Shown: positions 54,394 to 63,959 of the stretch, in pieces
Layout of the letters: the number at the start of each line of letters is the position of its first letter
Numbering within the stretch: position 1 is the stretch's first letter
Origin: an uncultured Desulfatibacillum sp.
GTDB taxonomy: Bacteria; Desulfobacterota; Desulfobacteria; Desulfobacterales; SpSt-501
DNA: 64,000 nt
Assembly (NCBI GenBank): GCA_964570965.1
Contig: CAZNAX010000003.1
Span: 3,874-67,873 of the forward strand
Direction of reading: 5' to 3'
The notes under the pieces: generated by a model
Seen by the model: only the letters and a program-made list of their open reading frames with translations
Database searches by the model: none
What the model was told of the DNA's origin: nothing
Position numbers and translations under genes: made by a program

Positions 54394-54422
54394 CTTATAG
54401 TTAAGATTTCCAATTTTGTCAA
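54394..54422 (-). promoter_or_regulatory. candidate sigma70-type promoter for psd
   Basis: On the minus strand: TTGACA (54417-54422), 17-nt spacer, TATAAG (54394-54399), in a strikingly A/T-rich 80-bp gap. Confidence 0.45.
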
Positions 54423-54440
54423 TTTAAACTTATGTAAATA

Positions 54441-55166
54441 TTAGGGTTTCGTTCGGCCGCCAGCGGGCGACGACCCAGGCAGCCGCCGTTCGGCCTCCGG
54501 TTGGCGCAGGTAGCGCGGGTCGAGCAGGCCCGGAGCGGAGTCTCGTTGGCCTTCCAGCCTCGGCTGCGCGAGGCGCGCCAGGACCCCGGCCCGCGGAAAA
54601 TGCTGCTCCGGCGGGGCAAAGCTGGCCAGGTCACCCAGAATTTCTCGGATGCGCACCTGATACCGTTGCGCTCCATCCCCGACAAAAAGATGCGGCGAGT
54701 CGACCGCATGAAGCAACGCCTCTATGGGCAGCACCCGCTCCGGTGCCAAACGCTCCAAGCAACCGGCGGATTCACGGTAATGCCCGGCATAGACCTCGCC
54801 CTTGCGAGCGTCCATCAGCGCCAAGATTCCTCGGGGCCCGGGCAGGCACGCGGCAGCCAACACCTCCAGGCTCGAAACCCCCACACAGGGCTTTCCGCCG
54901 GCCAACGCCAGTCCCTGGACCGTGCTGATCCCGATGCGCAAACCGGTAAACGATCCGGGTCCGATGGACACCGCCAAACCGTTGAGTGCCGCCAAGGAGA
55001 GATTCGCCATGCTCAGCGTCTCCCGGATCATCCTCATCAGGTGCACGGAATGCGTGCGCTCCGATACGACCGCCATTTCGGCCGCCAGCAGGTCCCCCAC
55101 CCGCACGGCCACGCTGCAACTGCGGCTGGCCGTGTCCACGGCCAGAACCCTCCATTCCGGTCGCAT
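54441..55166 (-). CDS. tsaB: tRNA t6A biosynthesis protein TsaB
   Basis: 241 aa. 'VLAVDTASRSCSVAV', 'AVSIGPGSFTGLRIGIS'. Confidence 0.85.
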   Translation of the reverse strand: MRPEWRVLAVDTASRSCSVAVRVGDLLAAEMAVVSERTHSVHLMRMIRETLSMANLSLAALNGLAVSIGPGSFTGLRIGISTVQGLALAGGKPCVGVSSLEVLAAACLPGPRGILALMDARKGEVYAGHYRESAGCLERLAPERVLPIEALLHAVDSPHLFVGDGAQRYQVRIREILGDLASFAPPEQHFPRAGVLARLAQPRLEGQRDSAPGLLDPRYLRQPEAERRLPGSSPAGGRTKP

Positions 55167-55202
55167 GTCAGGTCCATTCCACTGTTCGCGGCTCCGAGCC
55201 GG

Positions 55203-57620
55203 TCAGCGCCGTACGGGCTTGCTCCGGGTTCGAAACTGCTCTTTTTTCGGAGGCTCCAAGGCGTTTTCCAGGACTTCATCCATGGTTTTCACAGGTATGA
55301 ATTTCAGCCGGCGCTTGAGATGTTGGGGGATTTCCACGAGATCCTTCACATTCTTTTTGGGAATGATCACGGCCTTGATGCCGGCTCGCACGGCGCCGAG
55401 GGCTTTTTCCTTGAGACCGCCGATGGGCAGCACCCGTCCCCGCAGGGTGACTTCACCGGTCATCGCGACATCATTTCGCACCGCATGGCCGCTCAAAATA
55501 GACACCAACGCCGTCGCCATCGCAATCCCCGCCGACGGACCGTCTTTCGGAATGGCTCCCGCCGGCACATGAATGTGAACATCCTGCGTGTCGAGACCGC
55601 TTTGTTTGATGCGCGTCTGTTTGACATAACCTCGCGCATACGTCACGGCGGCCCGGGCGGATTCCTGCATCACCTCCCCCAGTTGACCGGTTATGATCAG
55701 ATCGCCTTTGCCCTTCATCAGCGAAGCCTCGACGTAAAGCACTTCGCCGCCGGCCTGGGTCCAAGCCAGACCCGTAGCCAGTCCCATCTGACTGACCTCC
55801 TGGTCCATTTCCGGAATGAATTTGGCAGGACCCAGGTATTTCGCCAGGCTCTGCTGAGTGATGCCGGCCGGCTGGTGCTGGCCTTCGGCGATCCGGCGGG
55901 CGACCTTGCGGCAGATATTGCCAATTTCGCGATCCAGGTTCCGGACACCCGCTTCGGAGGTGTATTCAGCGATGATCTGCCGCAAGGCTTTTTCGCTGAT
56001 GGCGACCTGCCTAGCCTTCAGCCCGCTCTCGCGGATTTGCCGCGGAATCAGATGCCGGCGAGCGATTTCAACCTTTTCCTCTTCGGTGTAACCCGACAAG
56101 GATATAATTTCCATGCGATCAAGCAGGGCCGATGGAATGGTGTCGGTCAGGTTGGCCGTCAGGATGAACATGACCCGCGACAAATCGAACGGCAGGTTCA
56201 GATAGTGGTCGCTGAACGCGAGGTTCTGCTCCGGATCCAAAGCCTCCAGGAGCGCAGAGGACGGGTCGCCCCGGAAATCCGCTCCCAACTTGTCGATCTC
56301 ATCCATCATGAAAACCGGATTGCTGGTGCCGCACTGTTTGAGCCCCTGCAAGATCCGGCCCGGCAAGGCACCGATGTAGGTGCGGCGGTGACCCCGAATT
56401 TCAGCCTCATCCCGGATCCCCCCCAGGGAAATACGCACGAACTTGCGCCGGACCGCACGGGCAATCGCTTGTCCCAAGGAGGTCTTCCCGACGCCCGGCG
56501 GGCCCACGAAGCATAAAATCGGTCCTTTCATGCGCGGGTTCAGTTTGCGTACACTGAGGTATTCGAGAATGCGGTCTTTCACTGCGGCCAGACCATAGTG
56601 TTCGCGATCGAGAATCTGCCGTGCCTTGCGGATATCGATGACGTCCGCGGACCATTTGCTCCAGGGCATCTCCACCAGCCAATCGAGGTAGGACCGGATG
56701 ACGTTGGATTCCGCCGAATCCGGATGCATCTGATCCAGCCGCTTGAGCTGCTTCAACGCCTCATCATGGGCCTCCCTGGACATTCGGGCTTTCTTGATCT
56801 TGCGTTGGTACTCATCGATTTCGATGGAACGCTCGTCGTGTTCGCCCAGTTCGCGGTAGATGGCCCGCACTTGCTCCCGCAGGTAGTAGTCGCGCTGGCT
56901 TTTCGAAATCTCGTCCTTCACCTCGGATTGGATCTTGGCCTGCATGGCCGACAGTTCCAACTCGCGGGACAGCAGGTCGTTGATCCGTTTCAACCGCGCC
57001 ACCGGCTCCAAGATCTCCAGCAGAGATTGGGCGTCTTCGATCTTAAGCCGGAGATTCGACGCCACGAGATCCGCGAGTTTTCCGGGGTCGTCGACGTTTT
57101 GGAGGATCGAGATGATGTCCGGATTGATCTCTCCCCGCAGCGCCAGGATCTTCTCCGACTGTTCGCGCACGTTGCGCATGAGAGCTTCCACTTCCAACGT
57201 CACCTTCTCCACGGGTTCCTCGGGCAGCAGGTCGATCTGGACCCGATACGGGGAGCGTTTGCGCACAAACTTCGCGATGTTTCCCTTGGCCAGGCCTTGA
57301 ACAAGCACCTTCACTCGACCGTCCGGCAGCTTGAGCATGCGCAGCACCCGCCCGACGGTGCCGGTGCGGTAGATGTCATCCTGAGATGGGTTTTCAACGG
57401 TCGGATCCTTCTGGGTCGCCAGAAACACAAATCCGTTTCCGTTTACCGCGCCCTCCACGGCACGCACGGATTTCTCACGCCCCACGAACAGAGGCAGCAG
57501 CATATCTGAAAAAATCACCACATCCCGGACGGGAAGCAGCGGAAGGTTCGTGGGAATTTCAGTGGTCTTGTCGTCCTCTTCGATAATACTGATCAAGTCG
57601 TCGCGGTCTGCCTCTGCCAT
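55203..57620 (-). CDS. lon: ATP-dependent Lon protease
   Basis: 'LPLLPVRDVVIF', Walker A 'GPPGVGKTS', 'VFMMDEIDK', protease 'PKDGPSAGIAMATAL'. Start moved to ATG 57618-57620 (AGGAG SD) from the ORF-track 57692. Confidence 0.95.
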   Translation of the reverse strand: MAEADRDDLISIIEEDDKTTEIPTNLPLLPVRDVVIFSDMLLPLFVGREKSVRAVEGAVNGNGFVFLATQKDPTVENPSQDDIYRTGTVGRVLRMLKLPDGRVKVLVQGLAKGNIAKFVRKRSPYRVQIDLLPEEPVEKVTLEVEALMRNVREQSEKILALRGEINPDIISILQNVDDPGKLADLVASNLRLKIEDAQSLLEILEPVARLKRINDLLSRELELSAMQAKIQSEVKDEISKSQRDYYLREQVRAIYRELGEHDERSIEIDEYQRKIKKARMSREAHDEALKQLKRLDQMHPDSAESNVIRSYLDWLVEMPWSKWSADVIDIRKARQILDREHYGLAAVKDRILEYLSVRKLNPRMKGPILCFVGPPGVGKTSLGQAIARAVRRKFVRISLGGIRDEAEIRGHRRTYIGALPGRILQGLKQCGTSNPVFMMDEIDKLGADFRGDPSSALLEALDPEQNLAFSDHYLNLPFDLSRVMFILTANLTDTIPSALLDRMEIISLSGYTEEEKVEIARRHLIPRQIRESGLKARQVAISEKALRQIIAEYTSEAGVRNLDREIGNICRKVARRIAEGQHQPAGITQQSLAKYLGPAKFIPEMDQEVSQMGLATGLAWTQAGGEVLYVEASLMKGKGDLIITGQLGEVMQESARAAVTYARGYVKQTRIKQSGLDTQDVHIHVPAGAIPKDGPSAGIAMATALVSILSGHAVRNDVAMTGEVTLRGRVLPIGGLKEKALGAVRAGIKAVIIPKKNVKDLVEIPQHLKRRLKFIPVKTMDEVLENALEPPKKEQFRTRSKPVRR

Positions 57621-57825
57621 GCTTGCTCCTGCAACACATTCTGGGGTAACGCCGTTCGGGAAGCCTTTTCGCGGGAAATTTTTGGTAGGCAAATGTCCGA
57701 AATCAGCTTATAATGCAAAAATTGGGTGCGTTTCCGTGCGGCGCCGAATGGCCTTCACGCCGGTATGGTCCTTAGTTTGCCGCGCGGAGTCGTTTACGAT
57801 CTAAATCATAACACTTAATTCCAAA

Positions 57826-57855
57826 TTGACAATTAAACCCGCGCCGTCCGATAGT
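57826..57855 (+). promoter_or_regulatory. weak candidate promoter upstream of pilD
   Basis: TTGACA (57826-57831), 18-nt spacer, GATAGT (57850-57855), about 60 nt before the ATG at 57916. Confidence 0.25.
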
Positions 57856-57915
57856 GGATGATGCGTTCTAGGCGAAAAAACGTCACGGGTCAAGCCCTAC
57901 GATGCAGGAGCGGTT

Positions 57916-58674
57916 ATGGAGTGGGTAGGCTTCCTTTTCGGGATGATCGTCGGCAGCTTTCTTAATGTTTGCATTTACCGGCTGCCGGTATCGCGGTCGA
58001 TCGTTCGTCCCCGTTCCCAGTGTCCCCAATGCGGCCATCCGATTCGTGCCGTCGACAACATCCCCCTGTTGAGCTATCTATTCCTGCGAGGCCGTTGCCG
58101 CCATTGCGGAAAACGGATCCCGCTGCGCTATCCGGTGGTGGAACTCCTGAGTGGGGTGTTCGCGGCCATGGCGGTAGCCCGATTCGGCCCCGGATGGCAA
58201 GCCCTGCTGATGTATGCGCTGATCGCGGCACTGCTCGTCATCACCTTCATCGACTTGGACCACCGGATCATCCCCGACGCGATCACTCTGCCGGGTATTC
58301 CGATCGGCCTGGCCGCCAGCTTCGGCCCCGGATGGATCAGCCCGTTGGAATCCTTGATCGGCATCCTGGCGGGAGGCGGGAGCCTGTTTCTGGTGGCCTG
58401 GGGATACCAGCTGATCACGCGGCGGGAGGGCATGGGCGGCGGCGACATCAAATTGCTCGCCATGATCGGCGCTTTCATGGGCTGGAAAGGCGTACTTTTC
58501 ACGATCTTCGTCGCCTCCCTCACCGGTACTCTGGCTGGGATGGCCTTGATTATTCGACGCCGGGGCGACATGAAACTGGCGGTCCCCTTCGGCCCCTTCC
58601 TGGCGGTGGGCGCAATCGCCTATCTGTTTATCGGAACCGAACTCTGGTCGTGGTATATCGCCGCGGTTCGATAA
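57916..58674 (+). CDS. pilD: prepilin peptidase (A24 family, PilD/GspO type)
   Basis: 252 aa. AGGAG SD. N-terminal Cys pairs 'CPQCGH...CRHCGK', and 'TFIDLDHRIIPD' and 'MGGGDIKLLAMIGAF' aspartyl-protease motifs. Confidence 0.88.
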   Translation: MEWVGFLFGMIVGSFLNVCIYRLPVSRSIVRPRSQCPQCGHPIRAVDNIPLLSYLFLRGRCRHCGKRIPLRYPVVELLSGVFAAMAVARFGPGWQALLMYALIAALLVITFIDLDHRIIPDAITLPGIPIGLAASFGPGWISPLESLIGILAGGGSLFLVAWGYQLITRREGMGGGDIKLLAMIGAFMGWKGVLFTIFVASLTGTLAGMALIIRRRGDMKLAVPFGPFLAVGAIAYLFIGTELWSWYIAAVR

Positions 58675-58696
58675 AATCCGGCTGCGGACTAGCGTC

Positions 58697-59431
58697 ATGC
58701 GGATCGCCGTACTTTCAGATATTCATGGAAATATGGATGCCTTCCAGAAGGTGCTGGAAGACCTGGACCGGGCGAATGCCGATGCAGTTTTTTGTTTGGG
58801 CGATAGCATCGGCTATGGTTCCGAACCCGAGCAGGTCATCCAGGCCTTGCACCGCCGGGGCATCCCCTCGGTACTCGGCAACCACGAATTGGCGGCCCGG
58901 GACCCGGCCTTTCTGGGTTGGTTCAACCCGGCCGCCCGTCAATCTCTGCTCCAGACCTTCACCCTGCTCAGCGACGAGTCCCTGGCGTTGATCAAGGGAT
59001 TCCCACGCCATCTCAGCGCTCACGGCTGCCGCTTCGTGCATGGGTTCCCGCCCGATTCGCCGACTCTGTATCTTTTTCAGGTGGAGGACCGGCGCAAGCA
59101 GGCGGTTTTAAAAGCTCTTTCCGAACAGATCGTTTTCATCGGCCACACCCATATGCTGGACCTTTTAGCCTATGACGGCGACAGCATCACCCGAATCGAT
59201 TTTCGGGTCGGACCGAATCCGCTTCCGCCGGAGCGGAAGTATCTCATCAACATCGGTGCCGTCGGCCAGCCGCGAGACGGGGATCCGCGCGCGAAATACG
59301 TCATCTGGGACAGTGCGGCCCGTCTGCTCGACATCCGCTGCGTGGCCTACGACGCACAGGCGGCAGCCTCCAAAATCAGGGCAGCCGGATTGCCGGAGTC
59401 GCACGCGCGACGACTGTTGGCGCTGCGCTGA
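58697..59431 (+). CDS. calcineurin-like metallophosphoesterase
   Basis: 244 aa. 'MRIAVLSDIHGN', 'CLGDSIGYG', 'LGNHE', 'GHTH', 'INIGAVGQPRDGD'. Confidence 0.8.
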   Translation: MRIAVLSDIHGNMDAFQKVLEDLDRANADAVFCLGDSIGYGSEPEQVIQALHRRGIPSVLGNHELAARDPAFLGWFNPAARQSLLQTFTLLSDESLALIKGFPRHLSAHGCRFVHGFPPDSPTLYLFQVEDRRKQAVLKALSEQIVFIGHTHMLDLLAYDGDSITRIDFRVGPNPLPPERKYLINIGAVGQPRDGDPRAKYVIWDSAARLLDIRCVAYDAQAAASKIRAAGLPESHARRLLALR

Positions 59432-59519
59432 TGGAGCCGATCCCGTCCGACTTCAGTTTTTGCGGGGGTCTCTTCAGGCGATCAGGCTTTGACGGCGAAA
59501 CGCAGAGACGTTATTTTCG

Positions 59520-60872
59520 ATGAAATGCATCGGCAGATACATCATCCGTGGCTTGCTGGGCCGCGGCGGCATGAGCAAGGTCTACAAAGTCGAAATCCCC
59601 CGAATCGCAAAAATCGTCGCTCTCAAGCGACTCGAACCCCATCCGCTGCTCACTCGCCTGATGGGCGCGGATAGGATCCGCGATGGATTCCTCTCCGAAG
59701 CCGTAAAGCTGGCCCGCCTGAACCACCCCAACATCGTTGCCATTCGCGACTTCGATGAGGCGGATGACGGCAGTCTTTTCTACACCATGGATTATTTCTT
59801 CTCCAGCCTCGGGCAATGGATCGGCGAAACGCGGCGCGTCGAATCCCCCACGCGCACCATTCGTCTGGACCGCGCCATCGATATCGTGCGCCAGACCCTC
59901 ACGGGCCTGGCCTGCCTCCACCATCACGGCATCATCCATCGGGACATCAAGCCTTTTAACCTGCTTTTCGACGACCAGAACGTGCTTAAAATCTGCGATT
60001 TCGGGCTCTCCGGGCTGCGAGGAGAATCTCTAGGCTCTCCGCCGCAGTTGAAGATGGGCTCTCCCTGGTATGCCGCTCCGGAACAGGAGACCGACGCCGA
60101 CGCGGCCGATGCCCGCGCCGATCTCTACGCAGTTGCGGTCACGTTTTACCGCATGGTCACCGGGGTGCTTCCGGCCGCCTCCCCCCAACCGCCCTCCGAG
60201 CTGAATTCCGACCTGGATGACTCCTGGAATCACTTCATTCTTAGGGGCCTGGCCCGAGATCCGAACCAACGTTTTGGGAATGCACGCGAAATGTTGGACG
60301 ATCTCCGCGGACGGGAGGCCGAGTGGCAGGCACGCCAAGACCGGATCTGCCGAATGCCGGGGGCGGCCGTCGTCTCAGCGGCCGGCCCAAACCCACACCT
60401 CCATGCCCTGCGATCGTTTCCGATCAAGATCGATCCCCGCCGGGCGAAATCCGAATTCGGGGCCGACGATCTGTGGCGCCCTGCGGCATACGGTGTTGAG
60501 CGCTTCTGCGCATTCCCGGACGGAACGGTACGGAATACTTCCTCCGGCTTGATCTGGCAGCAGTCGGGAACCCCCTACCCCGTCTCCTGGAGTGAGGCGC
60601 ACGGGTATGTAAACGGGTTGAACCGCGCCCGGTTCGCGTCCCGCGACGGATGGAGGCTTCCCACCATCCCCGAGCTCATGTCGTTGCTGAGGCCGACTCC
60701 GCACGGTCGCGACTTCTGTGTGGAGCCCATGTTCGACGCTCGCCAGAAGACGTTGTGGAGCTCCGATTGCCGATCCTTCACGGCGGCATGGTTTGCAGAC
60801 AGCGAGATGGGCTTTGTGGGTTGGCGGGACCTCGATGGGGGATGTTACGCTCGCGCGCTGTGCAGCGCATAG
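59520..60872 (+). CDS. Hanks-type Ser/Thr protein kinase with C-terminal DUF1566 (Lcl C-terminal-like) domain
   Basis: 450 aa. 'GRGGMSKVYK', 'VALKRL', 'HRDIKPFNLL', 'CDFGLS', 'SPWYAAPEQ'. C terminus 'SGLIWQQ...VSWSEAHGYVNGLN...DGWRLPTIPELMSLL'. Confidence 0.85.
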   Translation: MKCIGRYIIRGLLGRGGMSKVYKVEIPRIAKIVALKRLEPHPLLTRLMGADRIRDGFLSEAVKLARLNHPNIVAIRDFDEADDGSLFYTMDYFFSSLGQWIGETRRVESPTRTIRLDRAIDIVRQTLTGLACLHHHGIIHRDIKPFNLLFDDQNVLKICDFGLSGLRGESLGSPPQLKMGSPWYAAPEQETDADAADARADLYAVAVTFYRMVTGVLPAASPQPPSELNSDLDDSWNHFILRGLARDPNQRFGNAREMLDDLRGREAEWQARQDRICRMPGAAVVSAAGPNPHLHALRSFPIKIDPRRAKSEFGADDLWRPAAYGVERFCAFPDGTVRNTSSGLIWQQSGTPYPVSWSEAHGYVNGLNRARFASRDGWRLPTIPELMSLLRPTPHGRDFCVEPMFDARQKTLWSSDCRSFTAAWFADSEMGFVGWRDLDGGCYARALCSA

Positions 60873-61005
60873 TTTCCCGCCCTGCCCGAACGGTTTAAAA
60901 ATCCCTATCGTCCGGAGCGGTTTTTCTTGGAGATGACGCTCAGGGCTTCCGGCTGGCGCATCGGATCGATCCCGCCCGGAGGATCACGCAGACCGCTGCC
61001 GCTCC

Positions 61006-61551
61006 TCAGGCCCTCGCACCGGCCGCCAAATCCATCCCCAACTGCAGGGCTTTCTGGTTCATTTCCAAAAAATCCGAGGGGACCCGGGTCTCCAGCACAT
61101 CGATGATGGACTTGGGCTTGACGACATCGGTCAGGGCGATCATTGCGCCGAGCATGCAAATGTTGAAGACGATGGGTTTGCCAACCTGTTCCATCACCGT
61201 GCGGTAGATGGGCAGCTCGCGCTGGAGGGCATCCACTTTGCGCTGGATCTTCACGTAGCGGCTGTCGGTGATCAAAAGCCCGCCCGGTCGGATAATGGCG
61301 GAGAACCGATTATAGGCCTCCTGGGTGAGGCATACCAGAACATTGGGTTGAAGCACTTTCGGGTAGTAGATGGGAGTGTCCGCAATGATCACGTCCGAGC
61401 GGGTAGCGCCGCCTCGGGCTTCGGCCCCGTATGACTGCGATTGGACCGCATTCAACCCCTCGCGCAGGACAGCCGCCTCCGCCAGAATGATGGCCGCCGT
61501 GATGACCCCCTGACCTCCCGAACCTGAAAACACCAGTCTGCACCGTTCCAT
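61006..61551 (-). CDS. 2-oxoacid:ferredoxin oxidoreductase, gamma subunit
   Basis: 181 aa. 'FSGSGGQGVITAAIILAEAA' and 'QSYGAEARGG'. Confidence 0.88.
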   Translation of the reverse strand: MERCRLVFSGSGGQGVITAAIILAEAAVLREGLNAVQSQSYGAEARGGATRSDVIIADTPIYYPKVLQPNVLVCLTQEAYNRFSAIIRPGGLLITDSRYVKIQRKVDALQRELPIYRTVMEQVGKPIVFNICMLGAMIALTDVVKPKSIIDVLETRVPSDFLEMNQKALQLGMDLAAGARA

Positions 61552-62357
61552 CAGCTGCGCCCTTTCATCGCCCGCTCGATGATTTTCTGATATTCCTCAC
61601 AATACTCCGGCCCCTCCTGCTGAACGAAGATACCGCGTTCGATGAGCTCCGGGTGTTCCTGCTTGGCCTTCGACCCGATCGGGGTGGTGTGGTCCCTGAA
61701 CCATTTGATCATATCCGGGGCATCGCCGATCTTGTTCTTGCGTCCGAAATAAGTCGGACACTGGGTGAGCACTTCGACCACCGAAAAGCCCTTGTGCTGG
61801 ATGGCCTTTTCGATGACCTCCGTCATCTGCTGAGCGTGATAACTGGTGGCGCGTGCCACGAACGTGGCCCCCGCTGCCTTGGAGAGTTCCACCACGTCGA
61901 AGCTTTTGTCGATCGTCCGATAAGGGGCCGTGGAGGCACTGATGTTCGCGCCGGACAGCGGTGAAAACTGACCGCCGGTCATCCCGTAAATGCGATTGTT
62001 CATGACGATCGCCGTCATGTCCACATTGCGTCGCGCCGCATGAATAAAGTGGTTGCCCCCGATCGCCAAAGCATCCCCGTCACCCATCGGCACGATGATC
62101 TTGAGCTCCGGGCGGGCGAGCTTGACGCCGGTGGCAAATGCCAGGGCCCGGCCATGAATCGTGTGCATGGTGTGAAAGTCCACATAGCCGGTGATGCGCG
62201 ATGAGCACCCGATCCCCGACACCATCACGATTTCGTTCTTGGACAGGCCCAAGTTCTCAATCGCCCGGATGAGGCCGCCGAGAACTTCGCCGTGCCCGCA
62301 CCCCGGGCACCAAAGGTGTGGAAAGAACCTTTCCCTCAAATAGTCCTTGACTGCCAT
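61551..62357 (-). CDS. 2-oxoacid:ferredoxin oxidoreductase, beta (TPP-binding) subunit
   Basis: 268 aa. 'WCPGCGHG', 'SGIGCS', 'GDGDALAIGGNHFIHAARRN', 'NNRIYGMTGGQ'. Confidence 0.9.
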   Translation of the reverse strand: MAVKDYLRERFFPHLWCPGCGHGEVLGGLIRAIENLGLSKNEIVMVSGIGCSSRITGYVDFHTMHTIHGRALAFATGVKLARPELKIIVPMGDGDALAIGGNHFIHAARRNVDMTAIVMNNRIYGMTGGQFSPLSGANISASTAPYRTIDKSFDVVELSKAAGATFVARATSYHAQQMTEVIEKAIQHKGFSVVEVLTQCPTYFGRKNKIGDAPDMIKWFRDHTTPIGSKAKQEHPELIERGIFVQQEGPEYCEEYQKIIERAMKGRS

Positions 62358-62360
62358 CGA

Positions 62361-63509
62361 TCAGACCCCTTTGCCTTGAATAATTCGCAGGATATTGATG
62401 ATGTCCGCGGGGGTGATGAAAACGCTGTCGATGCGGTTGGCCAGAAAAACCCGGTTGGGATGTTCCACCGCCAATTTGACCGACTGCATCACCTGCCCCA
62501 TGTTCATTTCTACGACCACCACCGCCTTGGCATCGGCGCAGCGGTTGCGCACGATGTCCCGCGGAAACGGCCAAAGCGTCTGCAATTCCAAAAGCCCCAA
62601 GCGTTCTCCCCGCTGGCGCCGCTCCTCGACGACGTGCAGCGCCGACCGCGCGGAGGAGCCATAGGAAATCAGAATGATCTCCGCATCCTCCAAGTAAAAC
62701 TCCTTGAAACGAGCCAACTCGTTGGTACGGTTTTCCAGCTTGTCCACCAGATGCCGCAACAGGGCATGCACCACGCGCGGCTCGGTGGATGGAAATCCCC
62801 ACATGTCATGCACCAGGCCGGTTACATTGTACCGGTGCACACCGCCGAAATCCGACATGGGCAACCGCCCGTCTTCCCGCGGCAGATAGGGATGGTAGTC
62901 GACGCCTTCCTTCACCGATGTCCTCAGCCGTTCCACCAGCTGAACCTCACCGCGCTCCGGCATGACCAGCCGCTCGCGCATGTGGGCCACCACTTCGTCA
63001 AACAGCAGGACAACCGGTGTGCGGTAGGTTTCAGACAGGTTGAAGGCCTCTACCGTGATGGCGAACACATCCTGGTGGTTGGAGGCCGTCAACGCAATAA
63101 TGGCGTGGTCCCCGTGGGTGCCCCAACGCGCTTGATTCACATCTCCCTGGCTGACATGAGTGGGAATTCCGGTGGACGGACCGCCGCGCTGCACATCCAC
63201 AATCACGCAGGGGATCTCTGCCATGATCGCATACCCTAACGCCTCCTGCATCAGCGAAAAACCGGGACCGCTCGTAGCGGTCATGACCTTGCGGCCGGTG
63301 ATCGAAGCGCCGATGATGGCACAGATCGAAGCGATCTCGTCCTCCATCTGCAGGAATTTGCCTCCGATCTGCGGCAGACGGTAGGCGAGGTGTTCGGCGA
63401 TCTCCGTGGAGGGGGTGATCGGATAACCGGCGTAAAAGTCAAGCCCGGCATAAAGGGCTGCCTCCACGCAAGCTTCGTTGCCCTGCACAAATTTGACGGT
63501 TTTTCCCAT
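62361..63509 (-). CDS. 2-oxoacid:ferredoxin oxidoreductase, alpha subunit
   Basis: 382 aa. 'VQGNEACVEAALYAGLDFYAGYPITPSTEI' and 'TSGPGFSLMQEALGYA'. Confidence 0.9.
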   Translation of the reverse strand: MGKTVKFVQGNEACVEAALYAGLDFYAGYPITPSTEIAEHLAYRLPQIGGKFLQMEDEIASICAIIGASITGRKVMTATSGPGFSLMQEALGYAIMAEIPCVIVDVQRGGPSTGIPTHVSQGDVNQARWGTHGDHAIIALTASNHQDVFAITVEAFNLSETYRTPVVLLFDEVVAHMRERLVMPERGEVQLVERLRTSVKEGVDYHPYLPREDGRLPMSDFGGVHRYNVTGLVHDMWGFPSTEPRVVHALLRHLVDKLENRTNELARFKEFYLEDAEIILISYGSSARSALHVVEERRQRGERLGLLELQTLWPFPRDIVRNRCADAKAVVVVEMNMGQVMQSVKLAVEHPNRVFLANRIDSVFITPADIINILRIIQGKGV

Positions 63510-63515
63510 GAGGTC

Positions 63516-63722
63516 CTACTCCTGTGTTTCCACTTCGATTGCGAAATCCGGGCAGCGCAGCTCGCACAGCCGGCAGCAGATGCAATCCTGAGGCCGCACA
63601 ACAACCACCTTGTCCTGATCATCCAATTCGAGTACGTTCTTGGGGCACAGTTCCACACAGATTCCGCAGCCCTTGCACCAGTCTCGGTTGATGTGATGCT
63701 GCTTCAGCTTGGGCTTAGCCAT
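63516..63722 (-). CDS. 2-oxoacid:ferredoxin oxidoreductase, delta subunit (2x[4Fe-4S] ferredoxin)
   Basis: Start at ATG 63720-63722 (AAGGA SD). 'CKGCGICVELCP' and 'CICCRLCELRCP'. The gene order delta-alpha-beta-gamma resembles KorDABG-type operons. Confidence 0.85.
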   Translation of the reverse strand: MAKPKLKQHHINRDWCKGCGICVELCPKNVLELDDQDKVVVVRPQDCICCRLCELRCPDFAIEVETQE

Positions 63723-63872
63723 TGATTCGTCCTTATGATAGCGTATTGTAGGCGCTGGTTTGCAGGAACACCACCCCGGCGCGCAACCCCGGATGCACAT
63801 CCAAGCAGTCGCATGCGATGTGACCGAAGAATCCTATCCCCCGGCGCAATGGAAGTCAAGAAAAACAGGCCG

Positions 63873-63902
63873 TTGACAAAACCCGGAGGCTCGCTCTATC
63901 TT
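63873..63902 (+). promoter_or_regulatory. candidate sigma70-type promoter for the gene starting at the window edge
   Basis: TTGACA (63873-63878), 18-nt spacer, TATCTT (63897-63902). Confidence 0.3.
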
Positions 63903-63959
63903 AATGGAATCGGAAACCGAACGCCATTGGCTGTACAACCGATCGAGTGACACATACAC

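Noticed and set aside
54501-56516. 671-aa plus-strand ORF, the longest unexplained entry in the track
   Set aside because: It lies entirely antisense to tsaB and lon, both of which have unmistakable motifs. Its product is Arg/Gly/Pro/His-rich low complexity (…RRRHRNPRRRTVFRNGSRRH…). This is a typical shadow ORF of a GC-rich genome.
57686-57714. Perfect TATAAT (57709-57714) upstream of lon and pilD
   Set aside because: The best -35 at 17-nt spacing is only TAGGCA, and the orientation (plus) points away from lon and is 200 nt from pilD. I could not find a CIRCE or sigma32-like element for lon, so it is left uncalled.
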